Source: an uncultured Bdellovibrionales bacterium
Lineage (GTDB): Bacteria > Patescibacteriota > Minisyncoccia > Moranbacterales > UBA1568
Assembly (NCBI GenBank): GCA_964444815.1
Contig: CAYUIR010000001.1
Span: 78,031-142,030 of the forward strand
DNA: 64,000 nt
Direction of reading: 5' to 3'
The notes beneath the pieces are model-generated. The model did not search any database. It saw nothing but the letters and a program-made list of their open reading frames with translations, and was not told the origin of the DNA. This document shows positions 1-9,620 of this stretch, one piece after another. Position numbers and translations under genes: made by a program. Position 1 is the first letter of the stretch, and each line of letters opens with the position of its first letter.

Positions 1-279
1 AGCAATATCTTTCTTGAAGTCTGGCTCGGGAGTGGCTTCTTGGGACTCGCGGCTCTCGTAGGGCTCCTCTCCTATTTCAGTCTGCGACTCCTTCAGGGCG
101 TGATGGGAGCGCCCATGACGGAAGAGGCGATGCTCGCTGCCAGTATACTTTCGATACTCCTTGGTCTGACAGTATTTAACCTCTTTAATTCAGGCATTCT
201 CCTCGGGTTTTACTTTATGTTTTTTGCAGTCGCGGCGCTCCTGGTGGAGCGAGATATCTCTTCACACTCTCAACTATGA
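1..279 (+). CDS. partial CDS (5' end outside window), hydrophobic C-terminal segment of a polytopic membrane protein
   Basis: Frame 1 is open from base 1 to TGA 277-279. The tail forms TM-like helices. The stop overlaps the next ATG (ATGA). Confidence 0.5.
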   Translation, partial: SNIFLEVWLGSGFLGLAALVGLLSYFSLRLLQGVMGAPMTEEAMLAASILSILLGLTVFNLFNSGILLGFYFMFFAVAALLVERDISSHSQL

Positions 280-1424
280 ACAGTCAGATTCGTGCTATTG
301 ATGTGAGACTCCTCGGCCGAAAGCGAACGGGGGATGAGACCGTGTTTTTTAATTTGACCAAAGAGCTTTTGGCGCAAGACAAGGACCATGAGTACTGGCT
401 GCTTACGGATGAGCGCGATGAGGCGACACTCGACACGCTCCGGGAGCGACTCGGTATCGTCGGTGCTACTCATGTGCGCCTCGTGACGCTCCCGGGTCGG
501 AACCGTTTTGTCTGGAATCTCGTCACTCTCCCGTGGTTTCTCCTGACACACAACGTGGCAGTCTTTCACACTCAGTATATTCTCCCGCTCTTTGTACCGG
601 CGCGGACCAAAGTCGTTGATCACATCCACGATGTGTCATTTGCTGCATTGCCTCAGTATATCGGCTGGAGTGACCGATTGTTTCTCTCTGTGTTTATCCC
701 GCTTGCTCTGAGACGAGCAGACCGGGTGGTTGTGCCATCGCAGTTCACGAAGGACGAGATCATCCGCTACTATGGGACCAGTGGAGACAAAATTGTACTC
801 GTACCCAATGCGCTCTCCCTAGAGTTTCAGGCGCTTTCCCAGCCGAGCTTCGAAGCAATACGCCAAGCATACGGACTCCCAGAGCAGTACATCATTTCCG
901 TAGGAACGCTCCAGCCTCGGAAGAATCTCCCGCTGCTTATTAGGGCTTGGGCCAAGCTACGAGAGCGTCTCCCTGAGGTGCGTCTCGTACTGGTGGGCAA
1001 TCGTGCGGGGCATCATTTTGATCTCGACATTGATCGAGCCATCGCTGAGTGTAAAGGTGAAGAAGGAGTGATATTCCCGGGTTATATCAAGGCATCGGAC
1101 TTGCCGGCCGTGATACGAATGGCCAAGGTGTTCGCCTTTCCCTCGCGCTATGAGGGTTTTGGTATCCCGCTTCTTGAGGCCATGAGTCAGGATGTCCCGG
1201 TCGTAGCCTCGGATATCCCGTGTCTCTCGGAAGTAGCCGGGCCAGCGGCGCTCTATTTCGACCCAATGAGTGTTGCCACTTGTGAGGAAAAATTGTATAC
1301 TCTTCTTACTGACAACAATGTACGAGAAAACGCCATCTCTCTCGGGAGAGGGCGGGTCTCACTATTTTCCTGGCGGGCCAGTGCCACCAAGCTCTTGTCG
1401 CTCTATGAAGAGCTCAGTCGCTGA
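276..1424 (+). CDS. glycosyltransferase family 1 (GT4-type)
   Basis: 382 aa. C-terminal EGFGIPLLEAM...VPVVASD motif typical of GT1/GT4 retaining transferases. Confidence 0.85.
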   Translation: MNSQIRAIDVRLLGRKRTGDETVFFNLTKELLAQDKDHEYWLLTDERDEATLDTLRERLGIVGATHVRLVTLPGRNRFVWNLVTLPWFLLTHNVAVFHTQYILPLFVPARTKVVDHIHDVSFAALPQYIGWSDRLFLSVFIPLALRRADRVVVPSQFTKDEIIRYYGTSGDKIVLVPNALSLEFQALSQPSFEAIRQAYGLPEQYIISVGTLQPRKNLPLLIRAWAKLRERLPEVRLVLVGNRAGHHFDLDIDRAIAECKGEEGVIFPGYIKASDLPAVIRMAKVFAFPSRYEGFGIPLLEAMSQDVPVVASDIPCLSEVAGPAALYFDPMSVATCEEKLYTLLTDNNVRENAISLGRGRVSLFSWRASATKLLSLYEELSR

Positions 1425-1454
1425 CACGTCATTCAATTCATTATCGTTTACGTT

Positions 1455-2675
1455 ATGTATACACCGAAGTCAACCGATGCCTCGCTCGGCGAAGGAAAAG
1501 CATCGACCAAGAAGCGTGTTATCCGGGTGGCACTCTTTGGTCTGGCTCTCCTCCTCATTGCAGGGGGTGCCTTTGCTTGGAAGACAGGGATTACTCTCGA
1601 CAAAATTTCACAGGGTGATGCCAATATCTTCAAGTCCCTTGTAAAAACGCTCCCGGGCGTCGAAAAGACTTTGAGTGGTGAAGCAGAAGGCCGAATCAAC
1701 ATTCTCCTCCTCGGCATGCGAGGCGAGGGCGTCGCAGGTGGTGGACTCCTCGCGGATACCATCATGGTTCTTTCGATTCATCCCAAGAACGGCGAGGGGG
1801 ATATGAGCAAGGCCTCGCTCATTTCTATCCCGCGCGACCTCTATGTCAAGGTGCCTGGTCGTGACGAACAGCGCAAAATCAATGCTGTCTATGCCCTCGG
1901 TGAAGAGCGTTCGCGTGGCGGTGGCGGTATCGAGGATATGCGCACCATCGTCGGTGAAGTGACGGGACTCGATATCTCGTACGGTGTCACTATCAACTTC
2001 CAGGGCTTCAAGGACCTCGTCAATGCCATTGGTGGTATTACGATTACGCTTGAACAGCCGTTTGAAGAAGGGATGCAGTTCCGTGGCCTCGAAAAGCGCT
2101 GTGATGGCATCACCTATACGGTGCCATCCGGGAGCTATGAGGAAAAGCGTATTCAGCGTAAAAATGGCACCTACTATGCCAATCCGAAGCGCTACCCGCT
2201 CTGCTTTGAAAAGATGACTACGTCTGCTATCGCAGAACTTGAGTGTGGCGGTAACTTCAAACTGCCAGCGGGTGAGAACTTGCTCGATGGTGACAAGGCG
2301 CTCTGCTATGCTCGCGCTCGGTATACGTCGAGTGACTTCGATCGAGCTCGGCGTCAACAAGAGGTCATCAAGCTGATCAAGGACAAATCCTTGTCACTTG
2401 GTACGCTGACGGATTTCTCCAAGGTCACAGCTATGCTCGATAGCCTCGGGAACAATGTCAGTACCAACCTCGAAGCCTGGGAGATGAAACGGATGCTCGA
2501 GTTGTACCAAAAGGCTGGAGACGCAGGCAATATCAACCAGAAGGTGCTTGAAAACTCCGAGGAGGGACTGCTCTACAATCCACCTCAGACCAAGGAAACT
2601 GGGTACATCCTCCTCCCGATTGGAGATAACTACGATCGAATCAAAGAGTTGTTTCGGAACTCTCTCAACTACTAA
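1455..2675 (+). CDS. LytR-CpsA-Psr (LCP) family cell-envelope polymer transferase
   Basis: N-terminal TM helix, then NILLLGMRGEG...ADTIMVLSI...SIPRDLYV...KINAVYALG, the LCP core. Confidence 0.85.
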   Translation: MYTPKSTDASLGEGKASTKKRVIRVALFGLALLLIAGGAFAWKTGITLDKISQGDANIFKSLVKTLPGVEKTLSGEAEGRINILLLGMRGEGVAGGGLLADTIMVLSIHPKNGEGDMSKASLISIPRDLYVKVPGRDEQRKINAVYALGEERSRGGGGIEDMRTIVGEVTGLDISYGVTINFQGFKDLVNAIGGITITLEQPFEEGMQFRGLEKRCDGITYTVPSGSYEEKRIQRKNGTYYANPKRYPLCFEKMTTSAIAELECGGNFKLPAGENLLDGDKALCYARARYTSSDFDRARRQQEVIKLIKDKSLSLGTLTDFSKVTAMLDSLGNNVSTNLEAWEMKRMLELYQKAGDAGNINQKVLENSEEGLLYNPPQTKETGYILLPIGDNYDRIKELFRNSLNY

Positions 2676-2708
2676 GGCATTCCGGGGAGAGGTCTCTCTG
2701 GTACGAAC

Positions 2709-3533
2709 ATGTCAGAAAAAGCGCTTACTATTGCCGTCAATGGGTATCGGAGTCCAGAAATCTTGCGACTCTGTCTTCAGTCTATAGAACGAGAGATGAC
2801 GGGGAGCGGCATAGACTACGAGGTGATTGTGGCTGATAGCGCCACAGAGGAGGCTACCGAGATGCTCATGCGGGAAGAATTTCCAAAAATGAGATTCTTT
2901 CCCTTTGTTCACAATGTCGGCTTCAAGAAGCTCGTGAACGTGTCCATCGAAGAAGCACGCGGGGAATACGTTTTTCTTATCAATAGTGACATCGTGCTCA
3001 GTCCGGGTGCGGTGCCGGAAATGCTCACCTACCTCAAGGCCCATCCAGAAATCGGACTCCTGGGACCCAAACAGTACAATTTCAACGGCAGTCTCCAGCA
3101 GAGTTGTTTCCATTTTTATCGACCCGAGACCATCCTCTATCGCCGGACCTGGCTCGGACGACTCCCATTTGGCAGGAACCATCTGCGCTGGTTTACTCTG
3201 GCAGACCTCGATTTGAGTCGGCCTCAAGCTGTCGACTGGATTATCGGATCAGCTATGCTCGTGTCTCGAGCCAAAGCCAAGGAAGTGGGACCGATGGACG
3301 AACGTTTCTTTCTCTATATGGAAGATGTTGACTGGTGTCGCCGCTTCTGGGAGCACGGATTTAAGGTGGTGCACTATCCGAATACGTTTGTCTACCATTA
3401 CCATGGCAAGGGGAGTGCGCGGGGCGGGTTCTTTGGTTCGCTCCTTGGGAATCGTCTAACGTGGTATCATATCGAGAGTGCCCTCAAATACTTTTGGAAG
3501 TATCGTGGGAAATCATTACCAACAGTACACTAA
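2709..3533 (+). CDS. glycosyltransferase family 2
   Basis: 274 aa. GT-A fold N-terminus (IAVNGYRS...VIVADSATEE) with FLINSDIV and DVDWCRR motifs. Confidence 0.8.
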   Translation: MSEKALTIAVNGYRSPEILRLCLQSIEREMTGSGIDYEVIVADSATEEATEMLMREEFPKMRFFPFVHNVGFKKLVNVSIEEARGEYVFLINSDIVLSPGAVPEMLTYLKAHPEIGLLGPKQYNFNGSLQQSCFHFYRPETILYRRTWLGRLPFGRNHLRWFTLADLDLSRPQAVDWIIGSAMLVSRAKAKEVGPMDERFFLYMEDVDWCRRFWEHGFKVVHYPNTFVYHYHGKGSARGGFFGSLLGNRLTWYHIESALKYFWKYRGKSLPTVH

Positions 3534-3542
3534 CAGCAACAT

Positions 3543-4820
3543 ATGACAGAGACAAACCAGGTTCCGCTGACCACACCAGAAAAGAAAGAGCAGGGCCATC
3601 GCCTCTTCAAAAAAGCGTTCCTTGCTTTTTTTATCCTCCTCTTGTTTGGCGTGACCTACTACACAGGGTATGAAAATGGGCGTGAAATGGGAGACGTCAC
3701 TGCTTCGGAAGTGCTCTCCCCAGAGGACGCCATCATCGTCAACAAAAAAAGTGCTGATACGACGATTGATTTCTCGCTCTTCTGGAAGGTGTGGGAGCTC
3801 CTCAAGGACAAATATGTCGATCGAACTGGTCTTGATGCCCGAGAACTCTTTTATGGGGCTATTGATGGGATGCTCGCTGCCACTGGGGACCCGTATACGA
3901 CCTTTTTTAGCCCAGAAGAGAATCGAGAGTTCAATGAAGATATATCGGGGGTCTTTGAGGGTATCGGGGCCGAGATGGGCATGAAGGATAATATCATCAC
4001 CATCATTGCGCCGCTTGAGGGGATGCCTGCAGAAAAGGCCGGACTCCTCCCGGGTGATAAAATCGTCAAGATCGATGATGTGGCTTCGAGTGGTTACTCG
4101 CTTGATGAGGCAGTCAAGCGTATTCGAGGAGCCAAGGGGACCTCGGTCAAGCTCACTATATTCCGCGAGGGTGATGAAGAAACTCGTGATATCACCGTAG
4201 AGCGAGGCATTATTTCTGTGAAGAGTGTTCGTTCTGAAACAAAAGAGGGCAATATTGCGTACATTCGCGTCAGTCGATTTGGCGAGGACACCGATGCACT
4301 GTTTACGGAAGCTGTCCGAAAGGCAGCCAGTGACCAATCCGAAGGGGTGATTATCGATCTCCGGAGTAACCCAGGCGGATTTCTCGATACGGCCGTAGAG
4401 ATGGCGAGTTTTATGCTCCCATCGGGACAGATTGTGGTCATCGAAGAGGACGGTGCTGGCAAGCGCAAAGAGCTCAAAGCACGAGGCGGAGATATCTTGA
4501 GTGCTCTTCCGACGGTCGTTCTCATCAATGAGGGTAGCGCGAGTGCTTCTGAGATTCTCGCTGGGGCCTTGAGTGAGAACCGGGACAATGTGACCCTTAT
4601 CGGCAAAAAGTCCTACGGTAAAGGATCTGTGCAGGAGCTGATACCAGTAGGCAAGGATACGGCGGTCAAGATTACCGTCGCACGGTGGTTGACGCCAGAA
4701 GGACACCAGATCAATAAGGCCGGTATCAGTCCGGATATAGAAGTCGGTATGACCGCTGAAGATCGTGAAAATAAGCGTGACCCACAGCTTGATCGCGCTC
4801 TCGAGGAATTGAAAAAATAA
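3543..4820 (+). CDS. S41 carboxy-terminal processing protease (Ctp/Prc-like) with PDZ domain
   Basis: TM anchor, PDZ (PAEKAGLLPGDKIVKID), catalytic region GVIIDLRSNPGGFLD and SASASEILAGAL. Confidence 0.9.
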   Translation: MTETNQVPLTTPEKKEQGHRLFKKAFLAFFILLLFGVTYYTGYENGREMGDVTASEVLSPEDAIIVNKKSADTTIDFSLFWKVWELLKDKYVDRTGLDARELFYGAIDGMLAATGDPYTTFFSPEENREFNEDISGVFEGIGAEMGMKDNIITIIAPLEGMPAEKAGLLPGDKIVKIDDVASSGYSLDEAVKRIRGAKGTSVKLTIFREGDEETRDITVERGIISVKSVRSETKEGNIAYIRVSRFGEDTDALFTEAVRKAASDQSEGVIIDLRSNPGGFLDTAVEMASFMLPSGQIVVIEEDGAGKRKELKARGGDILSALPTVVLINEGSASASEILAGALSENRDNVTLIGKKSYGKGSVQELIPVGKDTAVKITVARWLTPEGHQINKAGISPDIEVGMTAEDRENKRDPQLDRALEELKK

Positions 4821-4829
4821 CGGGCCGTC

Positions 4830-4858
4830 TTGACCAGTAGAGGGAGTTTTTCTATACT
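4830..4858 (+). promoter_or_regulatory. sigma70-like promoter of groES (TTGACC-17-TATACT)
   Basis: TTGACC 4830-4835, 17-nt spacer, TATACT 4853-4858, 30 nt upstream of the groES ATG. No CIRCE element here. Confidence 0.55.
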
Positions 4859-4887
4859 GTGAGGTGCATAACCCGTAAGAAAACTCT

Positions 4888-5166
4888 ATGAAGAAAACGA
4901 ATGTACAACCGCTCGGTGAGAATATCTTGATTCAACTCGAAAAGCCTGAACAGAAAACGGAAGCCGGTATCTACCTGCCAGAAACAGCCAAGGAAGAGCG
5001 TTCCCAGTTTGGGAGAGTCGCCGGTGTCGGTGAAAGCGATCGTATCAAAGTAAAGTCAGGTGACCGAGTCATCTTTCGACTGTACGGCGGTGAAGAAGTC
5101 ACTATCATGGATGCGTCGTACCTCATCTGCAACTACAAGGACGTCCTCGCCGTAGTCGAAGACTAA
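4888..5166 (+). CDS. groES: co-chaperonin GroES
   Basis: 92 aa. VQPLGENILIQ...TEAGIYLPETAKE...GRV..VG matches the Cpn10 pattern. Confidence 0.9.
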   Translation: MKKTNVQPLGENILIQLEKPEQKTEAGIYLPETAKEERSQFGRVAGVGESDRIKVKSGDRVIFRLYGGEEVTIMDASYLICNYKDVLAVVED

Positions 5167-5175
5167 GACAAAACA

Positions 5176-5202
5176 AAAAGCACCCGGGAGGGTGTTTTTT
5201 TT
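5176..5202. terminator. bidirectional rho-independent terminator between groES and the rhodanese gene
   Basis: AAAAAG-CACCC-GGGA-GGGTG-TTTTTTTT. Stem 5181-5185/5190-5194, flanked by an A-run and a T-run. Confidence 0.8.
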
Positions 5203-5203
5203 G

Positions 5204-6031
5204 CTACGGTTCGATGGGGAGACCGCTCTCTTTTTTGAGATAATCACTGCCAGCGAGCGTCTTGCCAGTAAAGATATTGAGATCGGCTAATCTGACACCA
5301 CCTTGAAATGAGGTCAGTTCGTTTTCGCCATAGACCACGATGGTACTACCTGCTGGGATCTCGCCTGAGCGCTTCTCTAATTCTTTGAGCGGAATATGAA
5401 AGGCTCCTCGAATATGAGCCCGTTCATAGGCTTCCGTCGTCTGTACATCGAGGAGCAAGAGATTGGTTGGGGGATTAAAATAGAGCTTTTTAAACTCATC
5501 CAAACTGATGTAGGTCACTTTAGATTGATCGAGAAATGAGTTGGGATTGCCCTCTGAAATGAGTTGATTGCCACCTCGCTTCCAAGCCTCGATGCCACCT
5601 TTCAACATGAAAACAGGGTAGGATTTCTGACGGAGGATAGTCTCAGTCGTTTCTCGTGTATTTTTATCCTGAGCCGAGAAAACAATGATGACCGTACTGC
5701 CTTCTTCTGGCACAAAGGTAGCGAGGGCTCCTGTTGAAATGGATCGGGATCCGAGGAGGTGTTCACTCTCAAAGTCAGCCTGGCCACGGACATCCACTAA
5801 GACGAGCTGTTCTTTGTTCATGAGCTTTTGCCGGATGGTATTGGCATCGAGTTCAGGGATCGGGTTACTTTCTGCGGGAGAAGGGAGGGCAGCGGAGATG
5901 TCTTCTTCTTTGGGAGTATCTTTAAAAAGCGTTCGTCCGATGAAGTAGCCACCGACTAAGAGCACGAGCAAACCGCCTACGAGTACGGCTCGAGCATTTT
6001 TCTTTTCTTGTGAAGTGGGGAGTTCGCGCAT
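5204..6031 (-). CDS. membrane-anchored tandem rhodanese-homology-domain protein (no cysteine at all)
   Basis: N-terminal TM helix. Two RHOD-like repeats (LVDVR...FESEHLLGS; LLDVQTTEAYERAHIRGAFHIP). The protein contains no Cys. Confidence 0.7.
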   Translation of the reverse strand: MRELPTSQEKKNARAVLVGGLLVLLVGGYFIGRTLFKDTPKEEDISAALPSPAESNPIPELDANTIRQKLMNKEQLVLVDVRGQADFESEHLLGSRSISTGALATFVPEEGSTVIIVFSAQDKNTRETTETILRQKSYPVFMLKGGIEAWKRGGNQLISEGNPNSFLDQSKVTYISLDEFKKLYFNPPTNLLLLDVQTTEAYERAHIRGAFHIPLKELEKRSGEIPAGSTIVVYGENELTSFQGGVRLADLNIFTGKTLAGSDYLKKESGLPIEP

Positions 6032-6042
6032 AAGAGTGGGTG

Positions 6043-7122
6043 CTACTCGAGGAGAGTACCGACAAAACCTTCGTTGCCATTGAGAAATTCCCGAATGGGG
6101 AGGGGTGATTTGCCTTCTAGTTGGACTGTCTCGAGGAAGAGTATACCGTTGCCTGTTTGAACACCAATTTTTTCACCGATTTCACAGACCATGCCGATAG
6201 GTTGCTTGAGACCAGGATTCAACTTTTGGACCGAAACGGTGAGGAGCTTGAGGCGGAGGAGATTGTCCTTTTTGTGCCAGTAAGCAAAGATACCTGGCCA
6301 AGGAAAGAGCGCTCGATAGCGGTTGTAGATACTCTCGGCATCGTCACTCCAGACGATCTTGCCGTCACTCCGTTCGATGAGCTGGCAGAGAGTCGCATCT
6401 TCATGGTTTTGCTTCTTTGGGGTGATGCGACGCTCTACCCAGTCTGGGAGGGTAGAGAGGAGGAGGTCACGGCCAGCCATCGTAAGTTTGTCTGTGAGAG
6501 TCTCCGTAGTATCATCTGGGGCAATCGGGACCGTCACTTGGGTCAAGATATCACCCGTATCCATCCCGCGGTCCATGAGCATGATGGTGACACCAGTTTC
6601 GCTGGCACCGGCAAGGAGCGCGTTTTGGATCGGAGAGGCGCCTCTCCAGAGTGGGAGAAGTGAGGTATGAAAGTTGATACAGCCGAATCCTGGGAGATTG
6701 AGGACCGATTCGGGGAGAATTTTGCCATAGGCAGCGACCATAATGAGATCTGGCTTCCAGTCTGTCAGTGTTTTGAGTGTAGCATCATCCATCCGTTCAG
6801 GCTGGAGGAGCGGGAGGGCGCGTTCGACGGCAAGTTTTTTGACTGGACTCTCTTCAATCTCTCGTTTTCGACCGGCCGGCTTGTCTGGTTTGGTGACGAC
6901 ACCGACGATGTTGTACTTGGCATCGAGGAGTGCCTGGAGGAGTGTGGCGGAAAGTGTCGGCGTACCCATAAAGACTACCCGGACCTTGGGTGGGCCTTGC
7001 TTGTCGGCGACAGTGGGCTTTGTGCTATGAGGAGAGCGCTTATCCTTTGAGTGATGCACCATCACTTTGTGGCCGCGGGTAGGCCAGAAATGCTCGACAA
7101 AGCGTCTAAAGAGGCTGGTCAT
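6043..7122 (-). CDS. fmt: methionyl-tRNA formyltransferase
   Basis: VVFMGTP...NIVGVVTKPDKPAGR, GCINFHTSLLPLWRGASPIQ motifs. Start is uncertain: ATGs at 7182, 7122 and 7062. 7182 would overlap def by 77 nt. Confidence 0.85.
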   Translation of the reverse strand: MTSLFRRFVEHFWPTRGHKVMVHHSKDKRSPHSTKPTVADKQGPPKVRVVFMGTPTLSATLLQALLDAKYNIVGVVTKPDKPAGRKREIEESPVKKLAVERALPLLQPERMDDATLKTLTDWKPDLIMVAAYGKILPESVLNLPGFGCINFHTSLLPLWRGASPIQNALLAGASETGVTIMLMDRGMDTGDILTQVTVPIAPDDTTETLTDKLTMAGRDLLLSTLPDWVERRITPKKQNHEDATLCQLIERSDGKIVWSDDAESIYNRYRALFPWPGIFAYWHKKDNLLRLKLLTVSVQKLNPGLKQPIGMVCEIGEKIGVQTGNGILFLETVQLEGKSPLPIREFLNGNEGFVGTLLE

Positions 7123-7591
7123 AAGGTAGATTTTTTTGTTTTTTCTCTTGTTTGAGGAAACGATGAAGGATGAGCACACCATCTAAGTGATCGACTTCGT
7201 GCTGGATGACTGTCGCGAGGAATCCGCTAGCGCGCAACTTCTTCGGGAGGCCCTTTTCATTGATATAGCGGACTGTGACCGTCTCGGAACGGAGAATGGG
7301 AAAGAATTCGCCTGGGAGACTGAGGCAACCCTCTTCTGAAACGATGAGCTCTTGTGAGCGGGATGTGATCTCGGGATTGATGAGGAAGTACTGTTTCTTC
7401 TCGACCTCAGCGACTGCGAGCCGGAGTGGGATATTGATCTGAGGCGCCGCCAAACCGACCCCGTGCTCCGTGTGCATGGTCACTATCATCTTGGGGAGGA
7501 GTTCCTGTATCTCAGGAGAGAGCGGGTCTGTGACCAGCTGGGTTTTTTGACAGAGGATGGATTTGTCCTCGCCAGTAACGAGTGGAAGCAT
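7106..7591 (-). CDS. def: peptide deformylase
   Basis: GVGLAAPQI, EGCLSLPG and HEVDHLDG motifs. ORF trimmed to the ATG at 7591, 10 nt after the priA stop. Confidence 0.9.
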   Translation of the reverse strand: MLPLVTGEDKSILCQKTQLVTDPLSPEIQELLPKMIVTMHTEHGVGLAAPQINIPLRLAVAEVEKKQYFLINPEITSRSQELIVSEEGCLSLPGEFFPILRSETVTVRYINEKGLPKKLRASGFLATVIQHEVDHLDGVLILHRFLKQEKKQKNLPYDQPL

Positions 7592-7601
7592 AGGGAGTCG
7601 T

Positions 7602-9563
7602 TTAGCGGAGAGAGAGTGGATCAATATCAATGATGAGGTCCTTGCTATTTTTTTCGAGAAAGATGCGGATATCAGGTGGAAGCGTCTCGCGGAATCGGAG
7701 GAGTGTCGTCGACTCAAACCGACCACGCTTTTTCGGTCGATCTACACTCTTCGTCGGATAGAGTCGACAGTCCTTGGTGAGGAGCGGTGAGAGTGCCCTC
7801 GCGAGGTGTTCACTCTTTTTGTGGACCTCTTGGGCTGACTTCCCAGTTGTGCCGAGAGCGACAAAACGCGCAAAGGGCGGATAAGCAAAGTCTCGTCTCT
7901 CTTCAACGAACTTGGCCAAGATACTCGAGCTCCCCTCAGTCACTATTTTTTGGAAAAAGGCGTGTTCTGGATGAAAAGTTTGGACGATGACTCGCCCAGA
8001 AGGGGAGGATACGGTCTGGCGCATGGCTCGGGAAATGTCCCGAAAAAGGCGCTCATCAGCCTGAAAATCAGGAAAAAGAAGGAGACTATCCGCATCAATC
8101 ATAGCAACGAGCGCGAGTTTCGGCAAGGGTGGATCTTTGAGGGCCATCTGGGTACCGATGATGATATCGAGCTCTCCGGCAAGGCCACGAGAGATGATCG
8201 CTTGCAGCGCTCCAGTTGATTTTTGGGTAGAGCTATCGAGGCGCGCGATACGAGCTGGCGGAAAACGCTTGCGGATTTCACGCTCAACCTTTTCGGTGCC
8301 AAAGCCCACATGACGAAACACGAGGTGGCCACAGCTTGGGCAGTTGGGAAAACTCCCGGTCTCAAAGGAGCAATTGAGACAGCGGAAACCACCATCTACG
8401 GTATTGATGAGGGGGTGATCACATTCCTTACAGCGGAAAACTTCTTTACAGCGCTCGCACACGGAGAACGCACTCAGACCCTGACGATTGATATAGAGGA
8501 GAATTTGCTCGCGCCGGGAGAGTGCCTCATCGATACGGAGCGCGAGCTCCTCGGAAACTGGGGAGTAATTCCGACGGTAGCGCTCGAGGCGCAGGTTCAC
8601 CACCGAGAGCCGACTCCCAAAGGGTGGATGGAGTGGTATCGGTGCGACTGGTAGCATATCGCCACGTTCTATCCGAGCCAGAGTCTCAACACTCGGAGTA
8701 CCAGAAGTCAATATGAGGGTGGCTTGGTGGATGTGAGCGAGTAGCTCGGCGACGCGTTTGCCGTGATAACGTGGGCTCATGTCCCATTGCTTATAACTCT
8801 CGTCTTGCTCCTCAGTGACAATGATGGCGCCTAGATTCTTGAATGGGGCAAAGAGGCCCTGGCGAGTCGAGAGGATAATCCGGGCTTCGCCACTTCGCAC
8901 TCGTTCCCAGGCAGAAAAGTAGGCACCGTCGGAGAGATGGCTCTGGAGCGTGGCAATTTTCGCGGCGGGGAAAGCACTCTCTAGAGCTCGGAGAAGGATG
9001 GGAATGAGCGTGATTTCCGGAACCAAGACGAGGACTTGTTTCTGAAACTTTTCGTAATGCTTGATGGCGAGAAGAAGCGAACGCTTGGCTCCAGTATCGC
9101 GCGAGGTATCGATGAAGAGCGGTCGCTCACTCTGTGCCCAGAATGGATTCGCCATGAGGACACGTTCTTCCTTGGTGAGTCGGATGACTTTCAGTACTAC
9201 GGTATGGGCTCCAGATTTTTTGGTGAGGCGCTCTTTGACCCGTTTGGCGATAAAATGTTTGAGTGTCTTCCCAAGCGGAGTAAAATATTCGGTACTGATT
9301 TCTTGGGCGAGTGCGCACTGTGCCCCATTAAGGAGAGCTGGTTCTATAACGTCGGTGACAAATTTCATCCAAGTAGGTCTCCGTCCTGGGAGAGCCTGAC
9401 ACTGAAAGACGATGCCTTGCCCCATCTGACGTCCAAACGATATGGAAACGAGTGAACCAGGCTCGACGGGTACGGTGCTTGCATAGCTAAAAAGCGGTGA
9501 CCGCGCGAGAGGCAGGATCATGAGGGGGGCCACTTCGAGGCGATAGAGCGAAGAGTCTTTCAT
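7602..9563 (-). CDS. priA: primosomal protein N' (PriA) homologue with degenerate helicase motifs
   Basis: VLVLVPEITLIP (motif Ia), Cys-rich Zn region CERCKEVFRCKECDHPL...CLNC...CPSCG, IIIGTQMALK (motif V). Walker A and B are not canonical (see findings). Confidence 0.85.
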   Translation of the reverse strand: MKDSSLYRLEVAPLMILPLARSPLFSYASTVPVEPGSLVSISFGRQMGQGIVFQCQALPGRRPTWMKFVTDVIEPALLNGAQCALAQEISTEYFTPLGKTLKHFIAKRVKERLTKKSGAHTVVLKVIRLTKEERVLMANPFWAQSERPLFIDTSRDTGAKRSLLLAIKHYEKFQKQVLVLVPEITLIPILLRALESAFPAAKIATLQSHLSDGAYFSAWERVRSGEARIILSTRQGLFAPFKNLGAIIVTEEQDESYKQWDMSPRYHGKRVAELLAHIHQATLILTSGTPSVETLARIERGDMLPVAPIPLHPPFGSRLSVVNLRLERYRRNYSPVSEELALRIDEALSRREQILLYINRQGLSAFSVCERCKEVFRCKECDHPLINTVDGGFRCLNCSFETGSFPNCPSCGHLVFRHVGFGTEKVEREIRKRFPPARIARLDSSTQKSTGALQAIISRGLAGELDIIIGTQMALKDPPLPKLALVAMIDADSLLLFPDFQADERLFRDISRAMRQTVSSPSGRVIVQTFHPEHAFFQKIVTEGSSSILAKFVEERRDFAYPPFARFVALGTTGKSAQEVHKKSEHLARALSPLLTKDCRLYPTKSVDRPKKRGRFESTTLLRFRETLPPDIRIFLEKNSKDLIIDIDPLSLR

Positions 9564-9620
9564 ATGCTGTCAGTGTAGCAAATTATTGCTCTTTTGGCTT
9601 TTTTGCGCTACTCTTCCGTC

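Noticed and set aside
6043-7726. Maximal ORF extents with long N-terminal extensions and gene overlaps. Cases: fmt to 7182, def to 7726, tagA-like from 10006, recR from 47082, corA from 41971, cysS from 43078, pgk to 57448, DM13 gene to 32176, CPDG gene to 20266, 26364-26909.
   Set aside because: The extensions overlap the preceding conserved gene in another frame and translate to low-complexity sequence. Internal ATGs restore typical N-termini and short intergenic spacing.
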